This document shows, piece after piece, positions 9,776-20,039 of a stretch of 53,602 nucleotides of DNA (position 1 is the stretch's first letter; the number at the start of each line of letters is the position of its first letter). Origin of the DNA: Candidatus Aminicenantales bacterium (GTDB lineage: Bacteria > Acidobacteriota > Aminicenantia > Aminicenantales > Saccharicenantaceae); the NCBI GenBank assembly GCA_049512315.1, contig JBEKXF010000007.1:62001-115602 (forward strand), read 5' to 3'. The notes under the pieces are model-generated. The model saw only the letters and a list, made by a program, of their open reading frames with translations, was not told where the DNA came from and made no database searches. Both the position numbers and the translations under genes were made by a program.

Positions 9776-12244
9776 CTAATGCCCGTCTTTCAAGGCCTTG
9801 ATTTCCGTGTAGAGGCGGTCGATTTCTTCCCGGTCCCGAGCCTCCAGCCGGGAATATAATCTTTCCCGGCAGATGTCTAAGTACTTCAGGGCCTCGGCAT
9901 ATCGGCCCGCCTGCCTCAGGGCGATGTTGAGGTTGATATAGGCATCCAGCAAATCGGGGTCGATCTTGATCGCCCGCTCGTAGTCGCTAATAGCCTGGTT
10001 CGTCTGATTCAGAACCAGCCGCGCCGAGGCGCGACCGTTCCAGGCAACCGCCAGTTCCGGTTGAAGCCCGATGGCCCGGCTGAAAGACCCCACGGACTTG
10101 TCGGCCAAGGCGGGATCGTTTTTTTCCATGGCCGCTGACAGATCGATGAGGCCGATATTGCTGTAGGCCAGGGCGAAGTTTTTGTCCAAGGCCAGGGACT
10201 TCTCGAAATTCTCCCGCGCCAGGTCGTATTTCTTCAGTCGATAATAAGCGTAGCCAAGGTTGAGCCAGACGGCCGGACTTCCCGGCTCCAAGACGGTCAC
10301 TTTTTTAAAGAGTGCGAGAGCCCTTTCGGTCTCCCCCGCCGTAAGGAGGGCCATGCCGAGACTGGAGACCGACTGCATGTATTCCGGCGACTTGACGATG
10401 GCCGTTTGGCCCTCCAGCTCCTCGAGGAGGGTCTGGGCCTTCGACAATTCCCCCTTTTTGACTAGAGCTCCGGCGGACTTGGCCCTGATCATTCCGTTCT
10501 GAGGTTCGAGGGCGCCGGCTTTCTCATAGTTCAGCAGAGCCGCATCGGGATTGTTCAGGCGATCCTCGATGTCTCCCAGCAAAATGCAGGCTCCCGTCAT
10601 CTTGTCGTTATCGGCCAGCAGGCGGCGGCAGAAGTCTCCGGCCCGGGCCAGGTCGCCGGATTCGATGTAATCCATGGCCAGAAACATCTTGAAGGATTCC
10701 TTTTCCGGGTACCGCCCGATCGCCTTCTGCAGGATTTCTGCGGCCTCGCCGGTCTTGCCTTTCTGCATCGCGATCTCGGACGAGATCTCATAGATATCGG
10801 GCAGCTCGAGCCCCGGATTCCGGGCGAGGACGGCGGCCAGTCGCTCCTCGGCCTCTTGGTAATTCTTCTGCTTGACAAGTTCCTTGAGACTGACGACCTC
10901 GAGATAGACGTCGATGACCTTTTTGGGATCCACGGTCTCGGCGGACCTGGATGAGAAACTCGAGATGTAGCCGAGCGTTTTGAGCTTCTCGACATCGCTG
11001 GCGCTGAGGTCTCTCCGGCTCGCGCCTGTTGCCGCGGCGTGCTGGAGGATGAATTGCTGCAGTTTTTTGTCCATGGCCCTGGACGTATCCGGCTGACTGT
11101 CGAAGAGGTTGCGCGTTTCGCGGCCGTCGTTTTGGAGATCGTACAGCTCAGGTTCGGGAAGCGAGATATATTTGTGGTGGCCGTCGATGAGCCCGGTGAG
11201 GGGAGCCCAGTTGAATTCCTCACGGCCGAACAGGCTTTCAAAATAGAGGGTTCGCGGCGACTTTTCGCCGCCGTTATTCAGGAGTTCTAGGAAGCTTCTG
11301 CCCTGAACCCGCGGCGGAGTCCTGAGCTTGTAGAGAGCGAGGATGGAGGGCATGATGTCCACCAGGCTGACCCTCGCCGGGACGTCGTGTGGCGTCTTGA
11401 AGACCTTAGGATTATGGATGATCAGGGGAACGCGCAGGCTTTCCTCATAGCAAAAGATGCCGTGGCCGCGTTCTTTGTGTTCGCCGAAGGCCTCTCCGTG
11501 GTCGCCCACAATGACGATGACGGTCGTCTCGAACAGATTTTTTGCTCGGAGAGCCTCCATCATTTTCCCGATATAGGAATCGACGAAACGGACCTCTCCC
11601 TCATACAAACTCCATGGGGATGTCCCCTGGGGGCCTGGGATCTCGCCGTGGCTGACATATGGAGAATGGGGGTCGTAGAAATGAACCCAGCAGAAGAATT
11701 TTCCGCCTGCCCGGTCGAGCCAGCGCACGAATTTTCCATAGACCCTGTCGGCGGGGATTTCCGCCAAGTAGTTGGTGACCGCCTGGCCGGACTCGAAATC
11801 CTCGTCGTAGACATCGAATCCCTGGTTCAGGCCGAACTTGGACGAGAGGGTGAAGGACGCAATGACAGCGGCCGTCTGATAGCCCTGCTCCTTAAGGACT
11901 TCGGCCAGCGTCAGCTCGTCGGCGCCAAGAACATAGGTCCCGTTGTTCCGGACATGATGGGCGATCGGGTAGCGTCCCGTAAAAAGCGAGCAATGAGCCG
12001 GCAGGGTCAGGGGGGCAGGGGAATAGCATTCCCTGAAGACGATCCCTTCCCGGCCAAGCCGATCTATATTGGGAGAGACGGCATCCTTGTTGCCGTAGAG
12101 ATCAATCACGTCGGCCCGGGTCGTATCCATCGTGATGATCAGGAGATTCATGCCGGACGCCCCGGCCATCAGCCCGGAGGACGAGCAGGCGACGAGGCCG
12201 AGTGCAGCCAAGAAAACGATGCCGCCGGCGATTTTTCTTTGCAT
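9776..12244 (-). CDS. Sulfatase-like (alkaline phosphatase superfamily) hydrolase/transferase + TPR repeats, probable lipoprotein
   Basis: ITMDTTRAD, LTLPAHCSLFTG, HFYDPH, GDHGE; C-terminal TPRs; LVAC lipobox. Confidence 0.85.
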   Translation of the reverse strand: MQRKIAGGIVFLAALGLVACSSSGLMAGASGMNLLIITMDTTRADVIDLYGNKDAVSPNIDRLGREGIVFRECYSPAPLTLPAHCSLFTGRYPIAHHVRNNGTYVLGADELTLAEVLKEQGYQTAAVIASFTLSSKFGLNQGFDVYDEDFESGQAVTNYLAEIPADRVYGKFVRWLDRAGGKFFCWVHFYDPHSPYVSHGEIPGPQGTSPWSLYEGEVRFVDSYIGKMMEALRAKNLFETTVIVIVGDHGEAFGEHKERGHGIFCYEESLRVPLIIHNPKVFKTPHDVPARVSLVDIMPSILALYKLRTPPRVQGRSFLELLNNGGEKSPRTLYFESLFGREEFNWAPLTGLIDGHHKYISLPEPELYDLQNDGRETRNLFDSQPDTSRAMDKKLQQFILQHAAATGASRRDLSASDVEKLKTLGYISSFSSRSAETVDPKKVIDVYLEVVSLKELVKQKNYQEAEERLAAVLARNPGLELPDIYEISSEIAMQKGKTGEAAEILQKAIGRYPEKESFKMFLAMDYIESGDLARAGDFCRRLLADNDKMTGACILLGDIEDRLNNPDAALLNYEKAGALEPQNGMIRAKSAGALVKKGELSKAQTLLEELEGQTAIVKSPEYMQSVSSLGMALLTAGETERALALFKKVTVLEPGSPAVWLNLGYAYYRLKKYDLARENFEKSLALDKNFALAYSNIGLIDLSAAMEKNDPALADKSVGSFSRAIGLQPELAVAWNGRASARLVLNQTNQAISDYERAIKIDPDLLDAYINLNIALRQAGRYAEALKYLDICRERLYSRLEARDREEIDRLYTEIKALKDGH

Positions 12245-12446
12245 GACGCGACCATTATAACAAAATCCATGAGGGTATGACATGGTCGGCCGCTCTTGAG
12301 GGTCCGGGCCATGGTTCTGTCATCCCGGCCCCGGCCCTTTAGCAATGCGCCGGCCTTGAAAAAACGGCCGCGATGTGGATAGTAGAAGAGAAAGGTTTCC
12401 TCGGCTCAGTCTCCGAACAGACGGGGACAGTTTTCCGTGGGAGGAT

Positions 12447-13415
12447 ATGATGAGAAAAAGCGCATGGTCAAGAATCGCGACGGTCGCGCTGGTGGTCCTT
12501 TTGGCCGCGGGACTGGCGCTGGCTCAGGCCGGCCGGGGCATGGCGCGCCTCTCCGGTGTCGTTCTCGATAAGGATGGAAAACCCGTCCCGCAGGCCAAAG
12601 TGACGATCCTGCTTGGTCAGGAAGGCTCGACCTCCTTTGAAACCATCGCGGATAAAAAAGGCGAATTGGGGTTCATGGGGATCGGGACGGGGAATTGGAC
12701 CATCACCGCTTCTGCCAAAGGATACCTTCCTGTATCCATCAGTTTTTACGTCAAACAGCTCGAAAAGAACCCGAAATTGACGATTAAGCTGGAGGAAGAA
12801 GCCAAAGGCTCCGGGATCGTCCAGGACGAGTCGGCATTTCAGATCCTGGAGCAGGGAAACCAGTTTTTCAAAGATGGGAAATAAGACACGGCGCTCGTCA
12901 TGTTCGACGAGTTCATGGGGAAAAACCCCGGCGCCTACCAGGTCCTCCTGAACATCGGGGACTGCTATCGCGAAAAGGGCGATTACGATAAGGCGATCGA
13001 GAATTACAATAAGCTGATTGACCAGGCCAAGAGCGATCCGCACATGGGAAAAACCATGGGGGCCAAGGGGTTAGCGGCCATCGGCCTTTGCTACCTGAAG
13101 CAGAACAAGCTGGCCGACTCCCAGGACTACTTCAAGAAGTCGATCGAGATGGCCCCCCAGGATGAGAACCTGCCCTACAACGTGGCCGAGATCTACTTCT
13201 CGAACCAGCAGATCGACGAGGCCATCCGCTATTTTGAAATGGCGATCCAGATCAAGCCGGAATGGGCGGACCCGTATCTCAAGGTGGCCTATGCCTATCT
13301 GAACAAGGGGGATATGGCCAAAGCCGCGGAGAGCCTGGAAAAATTCATCAAGCTCGAGCCTGATACGGAGAGGATGGTTCAGGCCAAGAATATTCTCGGC
13401 ACCATCAAGAAGTGA
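12447..13415 (+). pseudogene. Exported carboxypeptidase-regulatory-like domain + TPR protein interrupted by an in-frame TAA at 12882-12884
   Basis: ORFs 12447-12884 and 12900-13415 share a frame; reads FKDGK*DTALVMF within a TPR helix. Confidence 0.75.
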
Positions 13416-13445
13416 GCGCCGGACCTCAACCCCGGCAGTGGATTT

Positions 13446-13474
13446 TTGACATCACGGAGGGCTTCCGCTAGAAT
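13446..13474 (+). promoter_or_regulatory. sigma70 promoter of a probably leaderless mRNA
   Basis: TTGACA-17 nt-TAGAAT, ATG 6 nt downstream, no SD. Confidence 0.7.
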
Positions 13475-13480
13475 CCGAGT

Positions 13481-15727
13481 ATGTCTCGCCGTAAAAAGCG
13501 CCGCCCTGAAAAACCCCGCGGCCGGACAAATCCCGCCGGCAAGCGGGGGATCCCGGACGCCCCGAAGCATCTCGAAGATCCAGGCCCGAGAAAGGGGGCC
13601 CGCCGCGGCCTGGCCCTCTGGCTCGTCCCGGCCGCGGTGATCATCGCCGCAGCGGCCGTGATCTTTCTCCTGACCCGCCCGGGGCGCGCCGGCCTGGTAA
13701 AGCGCGACAACGGGTTGAATGTCGTGCTCATCACCATGGACACGACGCGGGCCGACCATCTGGGCTGCTACGGATACTCTAGGGGCAAGACGCCCAACCT
13801 GGACGCCCTGGCCCGCGACGGCGTCCGGTTCGAGAACGTCTACGCCCAGGTCCCCCTGACCCTGCCCTCCCATTGTTCGATCATGACCGGGACATACCCG
13901 ATTTACCACAACGTCCATAACAACGGGACCTACGTCCTCCCCCCGGACCAAACGACCATCGCTAAGGTGATGAAAAACAACGGGTTCCAGACGGCGGCCG
14001 TGGTCGCCTCCTTCTCCGTGGATTCCCGCTTCGGGCTGAATCAGGGCTTCGACCTCTATGACGACAACTTCCAGCCCGGGCTCCCTTTCAAGCCGGCCAA
14101 TTCGGAGCGGAAGGCTGGCGAGGTGGTTGGCCTTTTTTCCGCCTGGCTGGACGGCCGCGCCCCCGGAAAATTTTTTGCCTGGGTCCATTTCTTCGACCCG
14201 CATTTTCCCTACGATCCGCCCCCGCCCTTTGACAGGGAATTCGCGGACAACCCCTACGACGGCGAGATCGCCTCCATGGACGCCGCGATCGGAGCCGTGG
14301 TCGAGAAGCTTAGGGGGAAGAACCTCCTCGAGCGGACGCTCATCGTCCTGGCCGGCGACCACGGCGAGGGTTTCGGAGATAAGGTCGAGACGGGCCACGG
14401 CGTTTTCTTGTACGACGAGACCTTGAAGGTTCCGCTCATCCTTTCTTCCCCCGGCCACCTCCCTGCGGGCAAGGTCATCCCCTCCCGCGTCCGCCTGATC
14501 GACATCGCGCCGACCATCCTGGACATGGTGGGCGTGCCCGTGCCCCGCCCGTTCCGGGGACTGAGCCTCGTCCCGTCGATCCGCGGGAAAAAGGCGAAGG
14601 ACCTCGATTCCTACCTCGAGACGTTCTACCCCCGGGAGAATTACGGCTGGTCGGAGCTCACCGGGCTCGTTTCGGGCGACTGGAAGTTCATCCGGGCGCC
14701 GAAACCCGAGTTATACAATCTTAAAGCCGACCCCGCGGAAAAGCGGAATGAGATCGCTGCCTCCGGAAACGTCGCCGCCGAGATGAACCGGAAACTGGAA
14801 GCCCTGGTCAAGGAGAGCGCCGGGATCGCCGGGGCCTCGAACCGGAGCCTGACCGCCGCCGAGCAGGAGAGGCTGCGGTCGCTGGGCTATGTCAGCTTTT
14901 CGGGCGGCGGCACCAAATCCTCCTATCCGGACCCGAAGGACGAGCTTGACGTTTTGAGGCTGAGCCAGCGGGCCACGACCTATGAGCTCGAGGGGAAATT
15001 CGCCGAGGCCGCCGACGCCTACGCCAAGCTCGTGCCCCTGATGCCCGATGCCCCCGAGAGCTACGTCAACCTGGCCCTCAGCCAGGCCCGCCTGAAAAAA
15101 TTCGACGAGGCCATCGCGACACTCCGGCAGGGCGCCGAGAGAATTCCCGGTTCCGAGGCCGTCCTCTCCAGGCTGGGATATACCTACCTCGTGACCGGCC
15201 GGTTCCAGGAAGCGCTCGCGACGATGAACCAGGTCCTCGACCGGAACCCCAGGCAGGTCGACGCGCTGACGGCCGCGGCCAGCGCTCTGGACTCGCTCGG
15301 CCGGAAGGACGAGGCGAGGGCCTATCTCGAGAAAGCCGTCGCCGTCGAGCCCGAGAGCAAGTTCCTCCGCCTGACCCTCGCCCTCAATCTCGCCTCGGCC
15401 GGCAGGATCGGCGAGGCGGTCGAGATCTATAAAACCCTCATCCGCGATTATCCGCGGGACCAGGCCCTCCGTCAGCATCTCGGTATTGCCTACGGCGTTC
15501 TCGGAGACTACCCGAACGCCATCGCCAGCTTCGAAGAGGCGATCGGAATCGCCCCGACGCCGACGGCCTACATGAACCTGGCCGTGGCCTGTAAGCGGGC
15601 CGGCCGGACGGAGGACGCCATCCGCGCCTTACGGCTTTACCTGGAAGACCCGAAAGGGGAGAGCCCGGCCACCCGGCGGGTGGCCGAGGCCGAGCTCCGG
15701 GCGCTCGAGAATTCCCTCAAAAAATGA
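13481..15727 (+). CDS. Membrane-anchored sulfatase-like hydrolase/transferase + TPR repeats
   Basis: ITMDTTRADH, LTLPSHCSIMTG, HFFDPH, GDHGE, ERLRSLGYV; TPRs; paralogue of 9776-12244. Confidence 0.85.
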   Translation: MSRRKKRRPEKPRGRTNPAGKRGIPDAPKHLEDPGPRKGARRGLALWLVPAAVIIAAAAVIFLLTRPGRAGLVKRDNGLNVVLITMDTTRADHLGCYGYSRGKTPNLDALARDGVRFENVYAQVPLTLPSHCSIMTGTYPIYHNVHNNGTYVLPPDQTTIAKVMKNNGFQTAAVVASFSVDSRFGLNQGFDLYDDNFQPGLPFKPANSERKAGEVVGLFSAWLDGRAPGKFFAWVHFFDPHFPYDPPPPFDREFADNPYDGEIASMDAAIGAVVEKLRGKNLLERTLIVLAGDHGEGFGDKVETGHGVFLYDETLKVPLILSSPGHLPAGKVIPSRVRLIDIAPTILDMVGVPVPRPFRGLSLVPSIRGKKAKDLDSYLETFYPRENYGWSELTGLVSGDWKFIRAPKPELYNLKADPAEKRNEIAASGNVAAEMNRKLEALVKESAGIAGASNRSLTAAEQERLRSLGYVSFSGGGTKSSYPDPKDELDVLRLSQRATTYELEGKFAEAADAYAKLVPLMPDAPESYVNLALSQARLKKFDEAIATLRQGAERIPGSEAVLSRLGYTYLVTGRFQEALATMNQVLDRNPRQVDALTAAASALDSLGRKDEARAYLEKAVAVEPESKFLRLTLALNLASAGRIGEAVEIYKTLIRDYPRDQALRQHLGIAYGVLGDYPNAIASFEEAIGIAPTPTAYMNLAVACKRAGRTEDAIRALRLYLEDPKGESPATRRVAEAELRALENSLKK

Positions 15728-15875
15728 TTGCCTCCGCTCCGTGCGACGCGGAAGGACGGGGCCTTTTCTCCCGCCGCGCTTTCCATTTTCCTGTTTCCGA
15801 ATATAATACCTGAAGACCCGGAGGGCACCCCTGTGGGGACCCGGACGCGGCGCGAGGAGGCGGACGACGCGGGAA

Positions 15876-17075
15876 TTGATCGTTTTCGCAGCCTGCATTT
15901 TGGTCTTTTTGGGCTACCTCGTCCTGGAACGGCTGAGGCTGGAGCGGGCGCGGCGGTGCGTGCCTCTGCGCATCTCCGTCACCGGCACGCGCGGCAAGTC
16001 CGGCGTGACGAGGCTCATCGCGGCAGGACTCCGGGAATCGGGGGTCCGCGTCCTGGCCAAGACCACGGGCTCGAAGCCGGTCCTGATTTTCCCTGACGGA
16101 TCGGAAAAGGAGATCCCCAGGGCCGGTCCGGCCTCCATCTGCGAGCAGGTCCGGCTGGTCCGGCTGGCCGCGCAGACGGGCGCCGACAGCCTCGTTTCCG
16201 AGCTGATGAGCATCGGCCCGGAGTGCCTGGCCGCGGAATCCCGGCGCATCCTGCGGCCGACGATCCTGGCTCTGACCAACGTCAAACTGGACCACCTCGA
16301 GGCCATGGGCCGGCGCAAGAACGATATCGCCCGGGCCCTCGCGTCGGCGTTCCCCGAACGAGCGGACATCTTCATCCCGAAGGAAGAGGTTTATCCTGTT
16401 TTCGAAGAATCAGCCGAGCGGATCACGTCCAGGCTCCATCGGGTGACCCCTTCGGCCGCGGTCAAAGGAGACGGCGAGGGCGGGCCCTTGCCTCTCGACG
16501 AATTCGAGCCGAACATCCGGCTGGCCCTGGCCATCCTCGAATCCCTGGGCGTCTGTCGCGACACGGCGCTCCGCGGGATGGGGCGGACGGCCCCGGACTT
16601 CGGAAGCCTGCGTGTCTGGAAAACGGAGTACGGGTCGCCGCCGCGTTCGGCGCTATGCCTGAGCGCCTTCGCCGCCAACGACCCGGAATCCTCGGCGGCG
16701 GTGCTGCAGAAAATCAAGGCCATGGTCCCGGCGGGCCCGAAGTCTCTTCTGGGTCTCCTCTGCCTGCGCGAGGACAGGGGAGACCGAACCCTCCAGTGGG
16801 TCCGGGCGGCCGAAGCCGGCTTTTTCGCGGATTTCGAATGCGTCGCCGTTGTGGGAAGCCCGGCCAGGGCTGCGGCCAGGAAACTCCGAAAAGACCCCGG
16901 CCTGGAGTTCGCGAAGTTTTCGTTCTTCAGGCACCCACGGCCGGCGGAGCTCATGAATCAATTGGTGACGTCGGCGGGACGCGAGCCCGTCGTTATCGGC
17001 CTCGGGAATATCGTCGGCCCCGGCGAGAGGTTCGTCCGGCACTGGGAGGAGACGGGGACGCCCCATGGCCGTTGA
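15876..17075 (+). CDS. pgsB: Poly-gamma-glutamate synthase subunit CapB/PgsB (Mur-ligase fold)
   Basis: GTRGKS P-loop, KTTGS, TNVKLDH...MG, FAANDPES, REDRGDRT, GLGNI; TTG start uncertain. Confidence 0.85.
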   Translation: MIVFAACILVFLGYLVLERLRLERARRCVPLRISVTGTRGKSGVTRLIAAGLRESGVRVLAKTTGSKPVLIFPDGSEKEIPRAGPASICEQVRLVRLAAQTGADSLVSELMSIGPECLAAESRRILRPTILALTNVKLDHLEAMGRRKNDIARALASAFPERADIFIPKEEVYPVFEESAERITSRLHRVTPSAAVKGDGEGGPLPLDEFEPNIRLALAILESLGVCRDTALRGMGRTAPDFGSLRVWKTEYGSPPRSALCLSAFAANDPESSAAVLQKIKAMVPAGPKSLLGLLCLREDRGDRTLQWVRAAEAGFFADFECVAVVGSPARAAARKLRKDPGLEFAKFSFFRHPRPAELMNQLVTSAGREPVVIGLGNIVGPGERFVRHWEETGTPHGR

Positions 17076-17499
17076 AACCCTGCTCGTCGGGCTTCTTCTG
17101 GCGCTCCTCTGGGCCGAGACGACGGACGTTTCGCCGGGAGGGATCATCGTCCCGGGCTATATCGCCCTCTATCTTGGCCAGCCCCTGAGGGTGCTGGCCA
17201 CCCTCACGGCCGCGCTGCTGACCCTGCTCGCTTACCGGTTTCTCGCCCGCCATCTCATCCTCTTCGGCCGGCGGCGGTTCGTCCTGATGGTCCTCGCCGG
17301 CGCGCTCCTCTCCCAGGCCTGGTTCATGGTTCTGCCCCGGTTTTTTGCGGCCCCACTCGAGCTCCGGGTCATCGGCTGGGTCATCCCCGGGATCCTGGCC
17401 TCGAACCTCGCCCGGCAGAAATTCTGGCCGACCCTGGCCTCGACCGTCACGGTTTCCACCCTGACCTTTGCCGTCGTCCGTCTGATCTCCCTGCTTTAG
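17065..17499 (+). CDS. pgsC: Poly-gamma-glutamate biosynthesis protein CapC/PgsC
   Basis: SPGGIIVPGYIAL, LFGRRRF, IGWVIPGILA; overlaps pgsB. Confidence 0.9.
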   Translation: MAVETLLVGLLLALLWAETTDVSPGGIIVPGYIALYLGQPLRVLATLTAALLTLLAYRFLARHLILFGRRRFVLMVLAGALLSQAWFMVLPRFFAAPLELRVIGWVIPGILASNLARQKFWPTLASTVTVSTLTFAVVRLISLL

Positions 17500-17502
17500 A
17501 TC

Positions 17503-18474
17503 ATGAACAAGAACAGCCGAAGATCGTCCTTCACGCCGATTTACGCGGCGGGAGCGGTCAGCCTCGCCTATATTCTTCTGACCCTTTTCGGTCCGGTCCG
17601 GCCGACCCACAACCGGAGGGAGATGAACGAAGCGGCCCGGTTGATGGACAAGGCGGAAGCTGCGGTCCGGGACTGCCGCGCGGCAAGGGGTTTTCCGGCC
17701 GATGAAAGATCAGACCCGAACCGGACCGGGCTCATCGGCCTCGAGATGTCGCCCATCACGACTTCTCTTGGCAGCCTCGAAGCCAAGCGGACGACGACCA
17801 ACCCCGAATTCGCCGGCCTCGTCGTCCGCCTGATGAGCGAAGCGGGCGTCCGGAAAGGGGAGGTGGTCGCCATCGGAGCTTCGAGCTCTTTCCCGGCTCT
17901 CATCATCGCCACGCTTTCCGCGGCCAAGGTGATGCGGCTCGAGCCTCTCGTCATCTCCTCCCTGGGCGCTTCGGAATGGGGGGCCAATATCCCCGACTTC
18001 AACTGGTTGGACATCGCGGAATGCCTGCGAGAGGCCGGCCTTCTCGACGTCAGGCCGATCGCCCTCGCCGTCGGCGGGGACGAGGACGTCGGGCGGGACA
18101 TGAGCCCGGAAGGCCGCGAGCTCTTGCGGACCAGAATCGGCGGGAGCGGGATCCCATTTATCGAGAAAGCCGACCTCCGGGCGAACGTCGCAGAGCGGCT
18201 CCGGCTTTACGAAGAGGCTGCGCAAGGCCGCCCGATCAAGGCGTTCGTCAATATCGGAGGCAGCTGGGCCAACATCGGCACCAACGCGGAGGTCCTGAAG
18301 CTTCGGCCGGGGCTTTTACGGGATGTTTTCGTCCCTCCTCCGGGCGAACGCGGCGTGCTTCAGGCGATGGCCGCGAAAAAGGTCCCCGTCATCCACCTTC
18401 TGAACATCAAAGGCCTAGCCGAGCGCTACGGCCTGCCCTGGGACCCGAAGCCTCTCCCCAGGCCCGGTGAATAA
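17503..18474 (+). CDS. pgsW: Poly-gamma-glutamate system protein PgsW-like
   Basis: DPNRTGLIG.E.SPITTSLGSLEAKRTTTNP, SLGASEWGAN, FVNIGG, PVIHLLNI; follows pgsC. Confidence 0.8.
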   Translation: MNKNSRRSSFTPIYAAGAVSLAYILLTLFGPVRPTHNRREMNEAARLMDKAEAAVRDCRAARGFPADERSDPNRTGLIGLEMSPITTSLGSLEAKRTTTNPEFAGLVVRLMSEAGVRKGEVVAIGASSSFPALIIATLSAAKVMRLEPLVISSLGASEWGANIPDFNWLDIAECLREAGLLDVRPIALAVGGDEDVGRDMSPEGRELLRTRIGGSGIPFIEKADLRANVAERLRLYEEAAQGRPIKAFVNIGGSWANIGTNAEVLKLRPGLLRDVFVPPPGERGVLQAMAAKKVPVIHLLNIKGLAERYGLPWDPKPLPRPGE

Positions 18475-18578
18475 TGATACCGATGATCCGACGCGTGAAA
18501 GTCCCGGAAGCGCGAGACATCATAACCTATGGCCATAGATCAGCGTTCTAAAATGAAAGCGTGAAGGAAGGAGCAGAC

Positions 18579-20018
18579 ATGCGCCGTTTTCCGAAATATC
18601 TCCTCGTTGTCGTCCCATTGACTGCCGGTCTTCTGGCGCATGCCGCCGGCGATGTATCCGCCCGGCAGACCGCCAAGCCGGCTGGTTCCGCCGCCGCCCC
18701 GGACATCGCCATCGCGCCCCTCGGCGAGAATGCGGACGCCGTTCTCCGCGAGGCCGAGGCGAAAGGATATTCCGGTGTCGCCCTCGTGGCCAAGGACGGG
18801 AAGATCGTCCTCCGGAAAGGCTACGGGATGAGCGACCGGGCGGCGCGCCTCCCGATGACGGCCGCGACGGTCGTCCAGATCGGCTCCTGCACGAAGGACT
18901 TCACCATCGTCGCCATCCTGCAGCTTCATGAGCGCGGCCTCCTCGACGTCAAGGAGCCGCTCACGAAATACTTCAAGAATGTTCTCGAGGACAAGCGCGG
19001 CGTTACGATCTGGCACCTGGTGACACAACAGTCCGGGCTCATCGACCATATCGGAGGGGATTTCGAGCCCGCCACGAAGGAGGGCGTTGTCCGCGGCGCG
19101 CTCGCCTCGACCCTGCTCTTCGCCCCCGGCGCCGGACGTAGCTACTCGAACCTGGCCTTCAACCTGCTGGCGGCGATCATCGAGGACGTCTCGAAACAGT
19201 CGTTCGACGAATACGTGCGTGACCACATCTGTCGTCCGCTCGGCCTCCGCGATACGGGGTTCCTTCTGCCCGGCTTCGACCCGAAGCGGGTCGCTCACGG
19301 CTACCTGGGGGACCAGGATCACGGGATCATGATCGCCAAGCCGCACGCGCCGGACGGGCCGTACTGGAACCTGCGCGGCGCGGGCGGCATGCTATCCACC
19401 GTGACCGATATGTTCCGCTTTTACACGGCCCTGCGGGGCGACCAGCTGATGAAGCCCGAGACGCGGGACATGCGCTTCCCGCCCGGCCAGCCGGTCGTCC
19501 TCGCCGGCTCGGACCTCGTCCAGTTCTTCTTTTATGACCATGAACCGGGCGAGGGGGTCGACATCCTGCTCTCGTCGACCTCGTCCGAAGTCCAAGCGCC
19601 GCAGGTGCTCGACCGGATCCGGGCGGCCCTGGGCATGCCGGTCGAAAAACGGGAGCGTCAGGTCGAATCGAGCCCGAAGACTGCGAAACAGCCGCCGACG
19701 CCGGAGGCCAGGGCCCGCATCGACGCCTTTTTCCAAACCCTCGCCGGCGGCGACCCGGACAAATTCGAGGCCATGGCCCGGGAGAATTACACCCCCGACC
19801 TGCTGGCCAAGCGGACGTCCGCCGAGCGCAAGGGCCTTCTCGACAGGCTCAAGCAGGACTTCGGGACACTCACCCTGGGCTCTGTCCAGATGGTCAACGC
19901 GGGCAGGGTCGCGTTCGTCATCCGGGGATCGACGGGGATGGAAGGCCGCGTGGAGATCACCTTGGAGGCCGCCTCCCCCCGCCGCATCGAGCGGGTGGCT
20001 GTGACCGTCGGGAACTGA
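18579..20018 (+). CDS. Exported serine hydrolase (beta-lactamase/class C-like) with extra C-terminal domain
   Basis: SxxK (GSCTK), YSN, GAGGMLST; signal peptide; AAGGAG RBS. Confidence 0.8.
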   Translation: MRRFPKYLLVVVPLTAGLLAHAAGDVSARQTAKPAGSAAAPDIAIAPLGENADAVLREAEAKGYSGVALVAKDGKIVLRKGYGMSDRAARLPMTAATVVQIGSCTKDFTIVAILQLHERGLLDVKEPLTKYFKNVLEDKRGVTIWHLVTQQSGLIDHIGGDFEPATKEGVVRGALASTLLFAPGAGRSYSNLAFNLLAAIIEDVSKQSFDEYVRDHICRPLGLRDTGFLLPGFDPKRVAHGYLGDQDHGIMIAKPHAPDGPYWNLRGAGGMLSTVTDMFRFYTALRGDQLMKPETRDMRFPPGQPVVLAGSDLVQFFFYDHEPGEGVDILLSSTSSEVQAPQVLDRIRAALGMPVEKRERQVESSPKTAKQPPTPEARARIDAFFQTLAGGDPDKFEAMARENYTPDLLAKRTSAERKGLLDRLKQDFGTLTLGSVQMVNAGRVAFVIRGSTGMEGRVEITLEAASPRRIERVAVTVGN

Positions 20019-20039
20019 TGCCGGAGGCGAGCCCGCCGG

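Noticed and set aside
12882..12884. Selenocysteine or pyrrolysine recoding
   Set aside because: The stop is TAA, not TGA or TAG
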